Assembly: GCA_963718665.1 (NCBI GenBank)
Contig: OY970359.1
Location: 1,536,001 to 1,600,000, forward strand
DNA: 64,000 nucleotides
Reading direction: 5' to 3'
From: an uncultured Phycisphaerales bacterium
Lineage (GTDB): Bacteria > Planctomycetota > Phycisphaerae > Sedimentisphaerales > Anaerobacaceae
Each line of letters opens with the position of its first letter. Within the stretch, counting starts at the first letter, position 1. This document shows, in pieces, positions 1 to 10,264 of the stretch. The translations under genes and the position numbers were made by a program. The notes under the pieces are model-generated. The model was not told the DNA's origin. It saw only the letters and a list, made by a program, of their open reading frames with translations, and did no database searches.

Positions 1-2608
1 TTATGACTAATTTGCAGCTGTTAGATTTGCCGTTAAAGGTTGCTGTTACCGTGCATTGCTGGTAGTTGTTGACGTCGGCGGCGGTAATTAGTCCGTTGGC
101 GTCTATTGTCGCGTAGTTCGAGTCCACAGTCCAGGTTGCCTGTCCTGTTGTTAAATTTTTCGTGCTGCCGTCGTCATAATGGGCGATGCAGGTGAATTGT
201 GCGGTAGCTCCCTCCGCTAAATTATCAGGCCCGGCAACCTCGACGGATTCGACAATCAGCTCACAGGGCTTGTAATCTGAAACGTCTGACTCCAAAAAGT
301 CGGTAGGGATTCCTGTGCCTTCAGAAATGCCGACCAAGCCTGCCTGTGAGGCGACGGACAGCCAGGACAGACGAATCCGACCATCGTAAAACATCTCGAC
401 CTGGAAGGTATTTGAATTATTGACGTTGTATTCCGGAACACCCTGCCAGGTAACAACAGTGCGGTCGTCAAGCTCCTTGTATCGCACGAGGCCGGCGACG
501 GAAGGGTCAAAGTCGTGGAACAGAGCCGAGATGCGTTTGGCCGCGAAGTGGTTGGATAAGCTCTCGATATAATCGGTATCGGCGGCGTCGAAGGTGATAT
601 GGCCGTTGGCGTTCACATAAAAGGTATTGTAGCTTTCGCCGTAAATTTTAATGCTGTGACCGGTAAGTGTAACGGCCTGTGAACCATCGTCGCCCACGGT
701 AAGATTTGTGCTGCCGGCGGGGTTAACGGGAAGTTCGGTGATTTTTTTTAAACAGGCCGAATACCGCGACGACGATTCATCCGGTGTAAGAAGCAATGAT
801 TTGTCTGAAAGGTCGAATTTGTCTGAGGTGCTGCTGAATAATTGCGTGAAATAATCGGTCCGTGTATCGCTGATTGCGAAGTTGACATCGCTTTCGGCGG
901 TGTTTACGCCGTCGCTAATCCATATTCTGTAATCCGAACCGACGGGTACTGTGCTTAGTATGTTCCAGGAAAATTCGCCGGTGTTGGAGACGCCGCTTGC
1001 CAATTGCAGATATTCAGCTCCTGCCTTGAGCAGATAAATGTCAACGGTATTTGAGCCGCCGATAGACATCCACGTAATGGTCCAGTCGAATCCCTGAACC
1101 AGGGTTTTGTTGGTATTGGGAGCTATTACCGTCAATGACGGCGAAGCCGTAAGAGCGTTGTAGGCGTTAAGCCGTCTTCCTGTAATTGTCTTGTCGGTCA
1201 GCGAATCAACGGGGTCGCCCGTCCAGATAAGCCGGGCCTTCAGTTCAGACAAGCTCATCGACGGGTTGTATGCCAGCAGCAATGCGGCTACTCCCGCCAC
1301 GTGCGGTGTTGCCATTGAGGTACCGCTGTAGTAAGCATACTCGTTGTTGAGAACCGTGCTGAGGATGCTGACTCCCGGTGCGCCGAGGTGGACGCTGTTC
1401 CGGCCATAATTTGAAAACCAGGCCAATTCGTCGTTGCAATCGGTTGCGGCGACCGCGATTACGTTTGAGATATCATAGCCGGATGGGTAGTGAGCAGAAG
1501 AATCGCAATCGGCGGAATCGTTGCCTGCGGCGGCGACAAAAAGCACGCCGTTATTTTTGGCGTTGGTTATCGCCACGGCAAGCGCAGCGGAGTATTCGCC
1601 TCCGCCCCAGCTATTGCTAAGGATATTTGCGCCGTTGGCGACCGCGTAATTTATGGCTTCTATGGCGTCTCCGACGCTGCCTGAGCCGTTTTCGTCGAGG
1701 AACCTGCACGCCATCAGTTTGCACCGCCAGTTGACTCCTGTTACACCGACGCCGTTATTGCCGCAACCTGCGATTGTGCCTGCGCAATGTGTTCCGTGGC
1801 CGTTTTTATCGATTACGTTGCCGTCGCCATCGACAAAATTATAGCCATGAACGTCGTCTATGTACCCGTTATGGTCATCATCACGACCGTTGCCTGCTAT
1901 TTCATCCGGGTTGGTCCATATATTCGCGGCGATGTCGGGATGCCTGTAATCGATACCCGTATCGATTACCGCTACTACGACATCGTCCGAGCCGGTGGTT
2001 ATGTCCCATGCTGAGACGGCGTCGATGTCGGCGTTTGCGATACCGCCTGTCTGGCCTGTATTTCTCATCGCCCAGAGCTGCGTAAAATACGTGTCATTGG
2101 GAACACCCAAAGCCCGCACCCTGTAGTTTGGTTCCACGCGGACAATACGGGGGTCTTTTTTAGTTTTTTGCTCTGCGATTGCCTGTTTGACGGATTTACC
2201 CTTGGACAGTTTTACGCGAAGCACCTGATTTTTGATTGTCTTCGACGGTCCGGTGAGGAGTTTGGTTTTTCGCGAGGGCACAAACGACATTCTCTTTTTC
2301 ACAATTCCGCCGACCATTGCGCCAACTTCTGCGTTATCTGCATTTGCATCGTTGGCCAAGATTACCAGAACTTCATCGGGGACGTATTCTTGTTTGTCGT
2401 CAGGCGTCGCAAAAGTTGCGATGTCGGCGTATTCGCCGGCATTGGCGGTTTGCAGGACCTGCCCGCCGGCAATAGCCCAAAATGCCAGCATTGCCGCAAT
2501 CAAAAATAGATGATTGGTATTGTGGGCGGGGTAAATATCTAACGATAAATTGCGTTTGCCTTTAATAAGGCATACCCATAGTGCGGGAAAACGCAAAAAA
2601 GCTGCCAT
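1..2608 (-). CDS. Secreted S8 subtilisin-like serine peptidase with C-terminal beta-sandwich/Ig-like domains; 3' end runs off the window
   Basis: Manual translation from ATG 2608 (GGAGG RBS upstream) gives the catalytic motifs VAVIDTGID, NGHGTHCAG, AAAGN and SGTSMATPHVAG. The frame is still open at base 2, so it is absent from the ORF track. Confidence 0.9.
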   Translation of the reverse strand, partial: MAAFLRFPALWVCLIKGKRNLSLDIYPAHNTNHLFLIAAMLAFWAIAGGQVLQTANAGEYADIATFATPDDKQEYVPDEVLVILANDANADNAEVGAMVGGIVKKRMSFVPSRKTKLLTGPSKTIKNQVLRVKLSKGKSVKQAIAEQKTKKDPRIVRVEPNYRVRALGVPNDTYFTQLWAMRNTGQTGGIANADIDAVSAWDITTGSDDVVVAVIDTGIDYRHPDIAANIWTNPDEIAGNGRDDDHNGYIDDVHGYNFVDGDGNVIDKNGHGTHCAGTIAGCGNNGVGVTGVNWRCKLMACRFLDENGSGSVGDAIEAINYAVANGANILSNSWGGGEYSAALAVAITNAKNNGVLFVAAAGNDSADCDSSAHYPSGYDISNVIAVAATDCNDELAWFSNYGRNSVHLGAPGVSILSTVLNNEYAYYSGTSMATPHVAGVAALLLAYNPSMSLSELKARLIWTGDPVDSLTDKTITGRRLNAYNALTASPSLTVIAPNTNKTLVQGFDWTITWMSIGGSNTVDIYLLKAGAEYLQLASGVSNTGEFSWNILSTVPVGSDYRIWISDGVNTAESDVNFAISDTRTDYFTQLFSSTSDKFDLSDKSLLLTPDESSSRYSACLKKITELPVNPAGSTNLTVGDDGSQAVTLTGHSIKIYGESYNTFYVNANGHITFDAADTDYIESLSNHFAAKRISALFHDFDPSVAGLVRYKELDDRTVVTWQGVPEYNVNNSNTFQVEMFYDGRIRLSWLSVASQAGLVGISEGTGIPTDFLESDVSDYKPCELIVESVEVAGPDNLAEGATAQFTCIAHYDDGSTKNLTTGQATWTVDSNYATIDANGLITAADVNNYQQCTVTATFNGKSNSCKLVI

Positions 2609-2797
2609 GATAATTTCCTCCCTTGTTACAAAATGTAGGGCAGACCAACAGAAAACCCTCTCTCTGAATAAAATTATGGAAAATGGCAGACCGGAAACCA
2701 AAGGATGACTGTTAATTTAAGATGGGTTTCTCAAAAATGCAGACAGGAGGCGTTTTTTATGAGACCAGGAGAAGATATTGTGGCTTATGCTGCCGGT

Positions 2798-3943
2798 TCA
2801 GGGCAGCATTGATGCGGCGATTTGGGCGACGGCATTGCCCGCTTTTTTGGAGGTCAACGGCCCGACGAGCGCAAGCAGGTCGGAATTGGTTTGCGCCAGC
2901 CGGGTTTGGTCTTCGAGCAGGTTTCGAATTGTTTCGGTAATCGGCTCAATCGAACGGAAATAAGGCATATACTCCGGCACAAGCTCGCGGCCTGCGAGGA
3001 TATTGACCAGCGACAGGTATTTAGTGGTAACTAACCATCGGCCGACGAGATGCCACAGCATCGGGCTGGTCTGATACATAATCACCATCGGACATCCCGC
3101 GGAAGCCACCTGCAAAGTTGCGCTGCCGCTTGCGACGAGAGCGAAATCGGAATTTTTTGTCGTCTGATATACGGAGTCAATCGAGTAATCGGTTCGAAAT
3201 CCCATAAGACGGGTCGAATCCAGTGCGCCCCTGGTTGCCTCATCGACGGCCACTGTCGTAAAAGTCGCGTTGGGGTATTTTTTTCGCAGTGCAATCGCGA
3301 TTTGTTGCATCGGTCGCCAAAGTGTTCCGACTTCGGCGGTTCTTGAGCCGGGGACAATTGCTATTTTGGCGTTGGCGGGATTGAAGTTGCGGTAGTCACG
3401 CTTGGCCCTGTTCAAATCCGACTGGGTCAGCTCATCGAGCAGGGGGTTGCCGACGAATTCCGCGGGGACACCCCGAGTTGTGAACCATTCCTGCTCGAAA
3501 GGCAAAAGACAACATAGTTTGTCGCAGCATTTTCGAAGTTTGCGGATTCGCCAGGGAGCCCAGGCCCAGAGTTGCGGCGCGACGTAAAATAGCGTTTTTA
3601 TTCCTGATTTTTTGGCGGCCTTTGCGATATGAAAGTTGAAAGCGGGCGAATCACATACAATGACGAGATTCGGCCTTTTGGCTGCCAGGAAATTCGCTGT
3701 TTGTTTTATAAGCCGGTAGTAGTGAGAGACGTGCGCGAAGGCGTTGTAAGTCATCGCTGCCCGGCCGACGGTGTCTTCGATTAGTGTGCAGCCGGCCTGG
3801 GCCATTTTGGGGCCGCCTATGCCGACAAATACCAAATCCCGATTTGCCTGTCGCATAATGCGTATCAGGGCTGCGCAATGTCTGTCGGCGCTTGGTTCGG
3901 CAGCGCTGATAAAAATCGTCTGTTTGCTGTCCTGGCCGGTCAT
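2798..3943 (-). CDS. lpxB: Lipid-A-disaccharide synthase
   Basis: 381 aa; ISAAEPSAD, DSPAFN, YVAPQLWAW, LPFE, VGNPL, PGSR and SGSATL motifs of LpxB. Confidence 0.92.
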   Translation of the reverse strand: MTGQDSKQTIFISAAEPSADRHCAALIRIMRQANRDLVFVGIGGPKMAQAGCTLIEDTVGRAAMTYNAFAHVSHYYRLIKQTANFLAAKRPNLVIVCDSPAFNFHIAKAAKKSGIKTLFYVAPQLWAWAPWRIRKLRKCCDKLCCLLPFEQEWFTTRGVPAEFVGNPLLDELTQSDLNRAKRDYRNFNPANAKIAIVPGSRTAEVGTLWRPMQQIAIALRKKYPNATFTTVAVDEATRGALDSTRLMGFRTDYSIDSVYQTTKNSDFALVASGSATLQVASAGCPMVIMYQTSPMLWHLVGRWLVTTKYLSLVNILAGRELVPEYMPYFRSIEPITETIRNLLEDQTRLAQTNSDLLALVGPLTSKKAGNAVAQIAASMLP

Positions 3944-3949
3944 AACTGC

Positions 3950-4876
3950 CTATGTTGGCTGAACGCTGAAAACGTCAAATTGTGTCCCGAACTGGCGAAG
4001 GTAAAAGAGCGAATACGCCCGTTTGAAAGCGAAAAGAGGCAGCAGAATCACTGTCCCCACATACGGCAAAGCGAAAAGCACGAGAAGGCAGCAGCAACAA
4101 CAGCAGGTGACTAAGCAAATGGTCAAAGCGATAAATGCTATGGCCAAACATATCACAATCTGAAACAGGATATACAGAAGCATTTGTGCTTTGTTGCCGC
4201 TAATGAGCGCGAGACATTGTTTCCAGCCGGCGACGCAACTGTCGGTGTTCAAAAACATAATCGGCACGACGAAATCAGTGGTGAATTTGGCGATTAAGCC
4301 AAATAAAATCGCGACAACAACAGTAACAAAAATGGCTCCGGTCAAACCAATTATAGCCGCCGGATTAAAACCCGTTGCGCACATAACAAAACCGGCGAAG
4401 ACGGAGGCCGCAACCGGAATTCCTATTATCAGGAATCCAATAAACCCAAGTACGATGCGGAACAGGAATAGCGAATTGCCGTGTCGGGAGAACTTGTTCC
4501 ATGGAACGGCGGCTTCGGCTTTATTGCCCGCAACGCAGTGGACGAACATAAACTGGCCTCTGCTTCGAAGCCAGCAAAGAACCACCGCTATAATTATAAT
4601 TATCGGGACGACTATCGCGGCAACGAAAATTATAACTACCAGATGAGCGAGTATGCCGTCTTTTATTGCGTGAAAGATGGGCTCGTGACCATCCGCTCGC
4701 CATCCGTTGCCCCCGCCGCCGCCACCGCCTTGGCCGAGTTGTGCCAACCAGGCGCAAAAACCAATTGTCAGCCATTTTGACAAATCAAACGGTTTGAAAA
4801 GCATCAGCCGGACGTGCTCAATAGCCGGGCCGATGGGGTCGATTACGCTGACGCGTTGTGGATTTTCTAATCCCAT
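3950..4876 (-). CDS. Multi-pass membrane protein of unknown function with a Gly run and a six-Cys run
   Basis: 308 aa; several hydrophobic segments; AGGAG RBS; GGGGGGG and CCCCCC tracts. Confidence 0.75.
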   Translation of the reverse strand: MGLENPQRVSVIDPIGPAIEHVRLMLFKPFDLSKWLTIGFCAWLAQLGQGGGGGGGNGWRADGHEPIFHAIKDGILAHLVVIIFVAAIVVPIIIIIAVVLCWLRSRGQFMFVHCVAGNKAEAAVPWNKFSRHGNSLFLFRIVLGFIGFLIIGIPVAASVFAGFVMCATGFNPAAIIGLTGAIFVTVVVAILFGLIAKFTTDFVVPIMFLNTDSCVAGWKQCLALISGNKAQMLLYILFQIVICLAIAFIALTICLVTCCCCCCLLVLFALPYVGTVILLPLFAFKRAYSLFYLRQFGTQFDVFSVQPT

Positions 4877-4912
4877 AGGATAACTCCTTTAACTATTTTT
4901 TAAGAGACGGAG

Positions 4913-5203
4913 TTAGGTTGCCTGTGTCTTGGCGGCATCTTTCAGCCGGCGAAGCTCTTTGCGTACGGGCCAGTCGCCCAGCGCAAGAACAAACGGCAGA
5001 ATTATGTTGGCAATCGGCACCAAGGTCAGCAATCCCCACGCCCACCCATAACCCGCCTTGTGGAAAATCATGCAGTTAATCCAGGTTTTTACCAGGAGCA
5101 CAACAAGGGAAAGAAGCAGCGCCAGTGCCACAAAGGTAATAACAAAAAAAGGCAACACATCGTTAGGGTTCATATTGGTGCAGTGCATATCTTCTCCTTT
5201 CAA
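4913..5203 (-). CDS. Small membrane protein
   Basis: 96 aa (ATG 5188 after AGGAG is an alternative start); hydrophobic helices and an IFHKAG..W....L..P pattern; co-oriented with its neighbours. Confidence 0.65.
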   Translation of the reverse strand: MKGEDMHCTNMNPNDVLPFFVITFVALALLLSLVVLLVKTWINCMIFHKAGYGWAWGLLTLVPIANIILPFVLALGDWPVRKELRRLKDAAKTQAT

Positions 5204-5281
5204 TAAATTTTGATAAAGGATATACTTTCGACAATGAGTTTACCCGTTTCGTGGTTGTTTGGAAAGACCTGAGAAAATAAA

Positions 5282-5989
5282 ATGCGAGATGTAAAAACCG
5301 AGACAAAAAAGAAGTTCTCATACCGGAGGACGATGATACGCTCCTTTATCAGTATTATTGCGATGGGGGTCGCAATCTTCGCATTGGCGGGCCGGCTGGA
5401 TTACTGGCAGGGCTGGCTTTTCTTTTCGATTTTCCTGATTTTTATGATAGCAGCCAGCGTTTTTTTCGTCAAAAAACCGGACCTTATACAGGAACGCATC
5501 AGGCCCGGTCCCGGCGTCAAGTGGTGGGACAAAATCTTTTTAGCTGTTCATATTCCCTTGTATTTTTCCGTTAGTTTGCTTGCTGCCCTCGATGCGGGCC
5601 GGTTTCACTGGTCTCCCCAGTTACCCATTTTCCTGTATCCGGTGATGTTTGTTTTGATTCTGATCGGCTCTTGTATTATCTGTTGGGCGATGTGGACAAA
5701 TAACTTTTTTTCCAGCGGGGTCCGCATCCAGACCGACCGAGGCCATTATGTCGTTACCGAAGGGCCATACCGTTACGTTCGTCATCCCGGCTACGTCGGG
5801 GCAATTATTTTCACGCCTGCTTCGGCGCTGCTTCTCGGCTCAATTTATGCTCTTATTCCGGTAGCGATAGATATCTTCCTTCTTATCATTCGCACATACC
5901 TTGAAGACCTGACCCTTCAAAAAGAGCTTCCCGGCTATGCCGACTACACAAAACAAGTCCGCTTCCGCCTCATACCCTGTATCTGGTAA
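5282..5989 (+). CDS. Isoprenylcysteine carboxyl methyltransferase (ICMT/PEMT) family membrane protein
   Basis: VVTEGPYRYVRHPGY motif and EDLTL..ELPGY..Y C-terminus. Confidence 0.88.
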   Translation: MRDVKTETKKKFSYRRTMIRSFISIIAMGVAIFALAGRLDYWQGWLFFSIFLIFMIAASVFFVKKPDLIQERIRPGPGVKWWDKIFLAVHIPLYFSVSLLAALDAGRFHWSPQLPIFLYPVMFVLILIGSCIICWAMWTNNFFSSGVRIQTDRGHYVVTEGPYRYVRHPGYVGAIIFTPASALLLGSIYALIPVAIDIFLLIIRTYLEDLTLQKELPGYADYTKQVRFRLIPCIW

Positions 5990-6163
5990 TTTCGATTTAG
6001 TGGTTACAACACCGGCTGCGCAAGAAAGGTGTTATTAGACAGTGCTTTGGTGGTTCAGTTGATAAAACAGGACATCGTTTTGTTAGTCGTAGCCCTTGCC
6101 AATGGCGTTAAAAACAGCTATCATTAGCGGATAGCATATAGGGAATAACAAGAGGTTAGCGAA

Positions 6164-6961
6164 ATGAAACCAAGACTGATAATTTGCGGCGCTGCGGGTC
6201 GAATGGGCAGACGTATTGTGGCCCTGGCGGCTGAGGAAGGCGTGTTTGAAATCGCGGGAGCGGTTGAAAAAGCGGGCCATCCCGACTTAGGCAAAGACGC
6301 GGGCGTTCTGGCGGGAATGCCGCAACTGAATGTTAAGGTGGCGGATGGTTTCCCCGCAAAGGCAAATGTTGTAATTGATTTTTCACTGCCTGAGGCGGCG
6401 GACAAGTCGATTGATTATTGTTCGGGCAATAAAACAGGTTTGGTCCTGGGCACAACGGGCCTGAGCGACAGCCAGCGAAAGAAAATTGAAATCGCGTCCT
6501 CGAAAATACCGATTGTCTGCGCAACCAATATGAGCGTGGGGATGAATACCTTGTTTGCCCTTGTCGGTAAAGTGGCGTCGATGTTAGGGCCTGACTACGA
6601 TATCGAAATTGTCGAGCAGCACCATCGTTTCAAAAAAGACGCGCCAAGCGGCTCGGCCTTGACGCTTGCGGAAAATATCGCCAAGGTAACGGGCAAAAAA
6701 TTTCCCGATTGCCTCACTCACGGCAGGAACGGCAAAGATGCTTTGCGTGATAAAGGCACAATAGGTATGCATGCCGTACGGGCAGGCGATATCGTCGGGA
6801 TTCATTCCGTGATTTTTTCGACCTTAGGCGAGACGGTAACGCTGAATCATACCGCGCACAGCAGGGATACATTTGTCCGCGGGGCGCTTTGCGCGGCGGG
6901 CTGGCTCATAAATAAAAAACCCGGCCTGTATTCAATGGCCGACGTATTAGGATTAAAATAA
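6164..6961 (+). CDS. dapB: 4-hydroxy-tetrahydrodipicolinate reductase
   Basis: GAAGRMG, IDFS, GTTG, NMSVG and EQHHRFKKDAPSGSA motifs. Confidence 0.96.
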   Translation: MKPRLIICGAAGRMGRRIVALAAEEGVFEIAGAVEKAGHPDLGKDAGVLAGMPQLNVKVADGFPAKANVVIDFSLPEAADKSIDYCSGNKTGLVLGTTGLSDSQRKKIEIASSKIPIVCATNMSVGMNTLFALVGKVASMLGPDYDIEIVEQHHRFKKDAPSGSALTLAENIAKVTGKKFPDCLTHGRNGKDALRDKGTIGMHAVRAGDIVGIHSVIFSTLGETVTLNHTAHSRDTFVRGALCAAGWLINKKPGLYSMADVLGLK

Positions 6962-7017
6962 CGAGACGGCAGGGATGCCCCGAAATTTGGTATCAAACAT
7001 AAGAAAGGAAGTGAGAT

Positions 7018-7209
7018 ATGAATATTGTATTTTCATTGATAGCAATAATTGGGGGCGGGCTGTTGTCGCTGATTGCATATAACAAGGTGCAGTTGGATAA
7101 GTTTATAAGCCCCGATGAGGCAGAGAACTGGCACAAGAAATTCGGCAAGATAGCCAAGATTTTAGGCCCTATAGTGGTTGTCATCGGGATATGGTTTCTG
7201 CTGTTTTAG
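7018..7209 (+). CDS. Small two-helix membrane protein
   Basis: 63 aa; two hydrophobic segments; purine-rich RBS; fills the gap between dapB and the ABC genes. Confidence 0.55.
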   Translation: MNIVFSLIAIIGGGLLSLIAYNKVQLDKFISPDEAENWHKKFGKIAKILGPIVVVIGIWFLLF

Positions 7210-7223
7210 TCAACTAACTATTT

Positions 7224-7283
7224 ACCGCTGAGACCGCGGAGAAAAACAAAATTTTCTCAGCGTTCCTTGTGTGTTCTGCCCGG
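7224..7283. repeat. Nonamer repeat family (ACCGCWGAG-like), forward pair plus degenerate inverted copy
   Basis: accgctgag-accgcggag at 7224-7241 followed by ttctcagcgttccttgtgtgttctgcccgg. Confidence 0.6.
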
Positions 7284-7303
7284 GAAACAGCCACTCGACT
7301 AAT

Positions 7304-8236
7304 ATGTCCCCAGTTGCGATTACAGTCAAAAATGTAAGCAAGAGCTTCGGCAAGGTGAATGCCGTCCGCGACCTGAGTTTCGAGGTCGAGGCCGACACCT
7401 GCTATGGTTTCCTTGGCCCAAACGGCGCGGGCAAGACAACGATGATGAAGATGCTCTATGGCAAATGCACGAGGGGAAAAAACAACTATGGCTCGATAAG
7501 CGTCTTGGGCTATGACCCCGCGAGCAATGAGCTTGCAATCAAATATCTTTCAGGCGTCGTCCCACAGGAGAATAATCTCGATGAAGAGCTTGACGTAATA
7601 AGCAACCTGATGGTTTATTCGCGGTTTTACGCATTGCCGCGCAAGGCCGCCACGAGCAGGATTGATTACCTGCTTGGTTTTATGGAATTGTCGGACAAGC
7701 GAGCCGCAAGAATCAGGGAGCTTTCGGGCGGTATGCAGCGGCGATTAGTCATCGCACGCGCGCTGATGAATAATCCTAAGTTATTGATACTCGATGAGCC
7801 GACAACCGGCCTTGACCCGCAGGTGCGACACCTGATATGGGACAAGCTGCGGCAGCTCAAAAGGCACGGGACAACGATTCTTTTGACGACGCACTATATG
7901 GAAGAGGCGTTTGCGCTTTGCGATACGATTTTGATTATGGATAAAGGGGCGGGCATACTTCGCGGGTCGCCCGCTGAGCTGCTTACGCAAAATGTCGAGA
8001 AACACGTCCTTGAAATTACCGGCAGCCATTCGCTCGAAACTATCGCGGACAGCGCGATGCTGCAAAAGATTCGGATAGACCGCACGCAGGAGACAACACG
8101 GGTGTATTGCGATGACGACCAGCTTCTGCGGCAGATTGCGGGTCGGTTGCAGAACGCACATTACTTTTTGAGACAGACAAACCTCGAAGACGTATTTTTG
8201 AAAGCGACGGGCAGGGCATTGAATGAAAAGCAATAA
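7304..8236 (+). CDS. ABC transporter ATP-binding protein (NodI/DrrA-like)
   Basis: GPNGAGKTT Walker A, LSGGMQRR signature, ILDEPTTGLD Walker B; ATG 7304 preferred to the track start. Confidence 0.92.
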   Translation: MSPVAITVKNVSKSFGKVNAVRDLSFEVEADTCYGFLGPNGAGKTTMMKMLYGKCTRGKNNYGSISVLGYDPASNELAIKYLSGVVPQENNLDEELDVISNLMVYSRFYALPRKAATSRIDYLLGFMELSDKRAARIRELSGGMQRRLVIARALMNNPKLLILDEPTTGLDPQVRHLIWDKLRQLKRHGTTILLTTHYMEEAFALCDTILIMDKGAGILRGSPAELLTQNVEKHVLEITGSHSLETIADSAMLQKIRIDRTQETTRVYCDDDQLLRQIAGRLQNAHYFLRQTNLEDVFLKATGRALNEKQ

Positions 8237-9014
8237 GCCGTATCTCTATCCGCCGCTTGCGAGGCGTCTTTTCGGCGTGTGGTTCCGGCATGCGCGGGTT
8301 TATACCAAGAATATCTTCAGTAACGGCCTGCCTCCTTTTTTGGAACCGCTGATTTTTTTGGCGGGCGTCGGCTTAGGTCTGGGCAAATATGTAACCCAGT
8401 CGATGGAGGGACTTACCTATATCGAATTTCTGGGTACAGGGCTTCTTATGACGGCGGCGATGTTCACCGCGTCGTTCGAATGCACCTTCGGCACGTTTAT
8501 CCGGATGGAGTTCGATAAAGTTTATGACGGAATGTTGGCTGCGCCGCTGACCGCCAATAACCTGATTATCGGGGAAATTATCTGGGCGGGGACAAAGGGA
8601 TTTTTCTTCTCGTTTGCCGTACTGTGTGTGCTGACCTGTTTCGGCATCATATCTTTGCCTCGCGGTTTGCTTGCGCCGTTTATGGGGTTTTTCACGGGGC
8701 TGATGTTTTCTGTTATGGCGTTATTGGTTACGTCTTTTGTCAGGACGATTAACCATTTCAATTTTTACTTTACGGGTTTTATATCGCCGATGTTTTTCTT
8801 TTCGGGCGTGGTCTTTCCGATTTCCAACCTGCCTGCTTATATTCGTCCGTTCGCCGAGGCCATACCCCTGACGCATTCCGTCCGGCTTACACGTGCCTTA
8901 TGTGCAGGCCAATATCACTGGTATCTTCTGCTCGATATGCTTTACATAATAGTATTCATTTCTGTCGTTGGCTTTTTCGCGGTCAAACGGCTCAAAAAAC
9001 GGCTGGTATTCTAA
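8223..9014 (+). CDS. ABC-2 type permease (NodJ-like)
   Basis: About six TM segments; FFSGVVFPI..LP and PLTH motifs; overlaps the ATPase gene. Confidence 0.9.
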   Translation: MKSNKPYLYPPLARRLFGVWFRHARVYTKNIFSNGLPPFLEPLIFLAGVGLGLGKYVTQSMEGLTYIEFLGTGLLMTAAMFTASFECTFGTFIRMEFDKVYDGMLAAPLTANNLIIGEIIWAGTKGFFFSFAVLCVLTCFGIISLPRGLLAPFMGFFTGLMFSVMALLVTSFVRTINHFNFYFTGFISPMFFFSGVVFPISNLPAYIRPFAEAIPLTHSVRLTRALCAGQYHWYLLLDMLYIIVFISVVGFFAVKRLKKRLVF

Positions 9015-9018
9015 TTGC

Positions 9019-10047
9019 TTATTGAAAAAACGACTCCTGCCCCCCTTTTTTATACGCTTTGTTTAGTATAACAAAAGGCTCGATGTTCGCCCCTTCTGTA
9101 TAAAAGCAATATATCGGATAAGGTTGTCCATCAGAAAGAGTATATGGCCAGTCGTCAGGCGGAGGTGCTGGTTTGCATCCCCTCTTCCACATGGTGTGAA
9201 TGTTCTGGTATGCAACATAGCCTAGTCGAATCTCGCCCGGCGAAGCAGATGCTTGAATCTTGCATGACATGTTTAATGTTTTGCCGATCAAATCGCGTTG
9301 TTGCTTGGAAGATGAATGTCCGATAGTTAATACTACCGCAGCTCCAGATTCGATGCCGATTCGTACATCGATTGTCGGCAAACTTACCTCTTGGAGAGCG
9401 GGGTTCACAGCTTGGCGAATCAGACCCCGCATGGTCAGCGCACAGTCAATTGCGTTGTCATTGGCGGTCAGAAACGATGGGGGCGGAATATACGCCAAGA
9501 TGCCATCGCCCGTGAATTTGAGTATCTTGGCATGAAAGAATGGGGCTACCCGTGCTAATTCACTGAGAATCAAACTAATCGCTCTTGCATTAGCTTCTGG
9601 GGCAATGGAGTTTGACAACTTCGTCGAGCCAACTATGTCCAATGAAAGAATTGCAAAGCCTCGGACACCATCTGGCGAAGATTTCAGGAATTCTTCCGAG
9701 TAATCCACGGATTGGTAAGGTTGAGAATGTGTGCCTTTCAGTATCTGAGCGATTTTGGCTCGACGATCTGCAATATACTCGCGAGCATTGCCTAAATACT
9801 GACCTTTGCCTGTTGGTTGTCGGGATAGCCCCTCGGCAATCATTTTATAAACCAGTTCTACGGACATCCTCCAGTTGTCGAATTTGTCATAGAGGAATTG
9901 CTTATTCTCAGATTCTTTGATTTCATAACGAGCGGGATCGAAACGGACAAGGAGAGATTTGTGTCCTGTAACTTCATCTTTGACGATCTCCGTTTCTATG
10001 TCGAGTCGTAACCGCTTCTGATAGTCATGATTCTGTGCGTCAGACAT
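9019..10047 (-). CDS. Class III nucleotide (adenylate/guanylate) cyclase domain protein with an unrecognised N-terminal region
   Basis: LSLDIVGST, LKFTGDGIL, VRIGIESG and DLIGKTLNMSCKIQ motifs. Confidence 0.88.
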   Translation of the reverse strand: MSDAQNHDYQKRLRLDIETEIVKDEVTGHKSLLVRFDPARYEIKESENKQFLYDKFDNWRMSVELVYKMIAEGLSRQPTGKGQYLGNAREYIADRRAKIAQILKGTHSQPYQSVDYSEEFLKSSPDGVRGFAILSLDIVGSTKLSNSIAPEANARAISLILSELARVAPFFHAKILKFTGDGILAYIPPPSFLTANDNAIDCALTMRGLIRQAVNPALQEVSLPTIDVRIGIESGAAVVLTIGHSSSKQQRDLIGKTLNMSCKIQASASPGEIRLGYVAYQNIHTMWKRGCKPAPPPDDWPYTLSDGQPYPIYCFYTEGANIEPFVILNKAYKKGGQESFFQ

Positions 10048-10264
10048 ATCCCAGCCCCTCCAGATTCTTTCTTGTTGCCTTATTCATCTTTGCCAATTCT
10101 ATTATTTGCAGGGCAGTATGTGTTTTTAAGTTTATATTTAGCACACATTTTTTCCCAACCGCCCTTAACTGTCAATCCCGCCTTGGGCAAGAATAGCTTT
10201 CTCGCCCTCAATTTATTCAGCAACGTAATCTCGACCTGTTCTGCCGAGACGATATCTATAAAAA

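Noticed and set aside
9019..10047. Canonical Pycsar system
   Set aside because: No adjacent TIR or TM effector with a cyclic-nucleotide-binding domain; kept only as an unassigned cyclase module.
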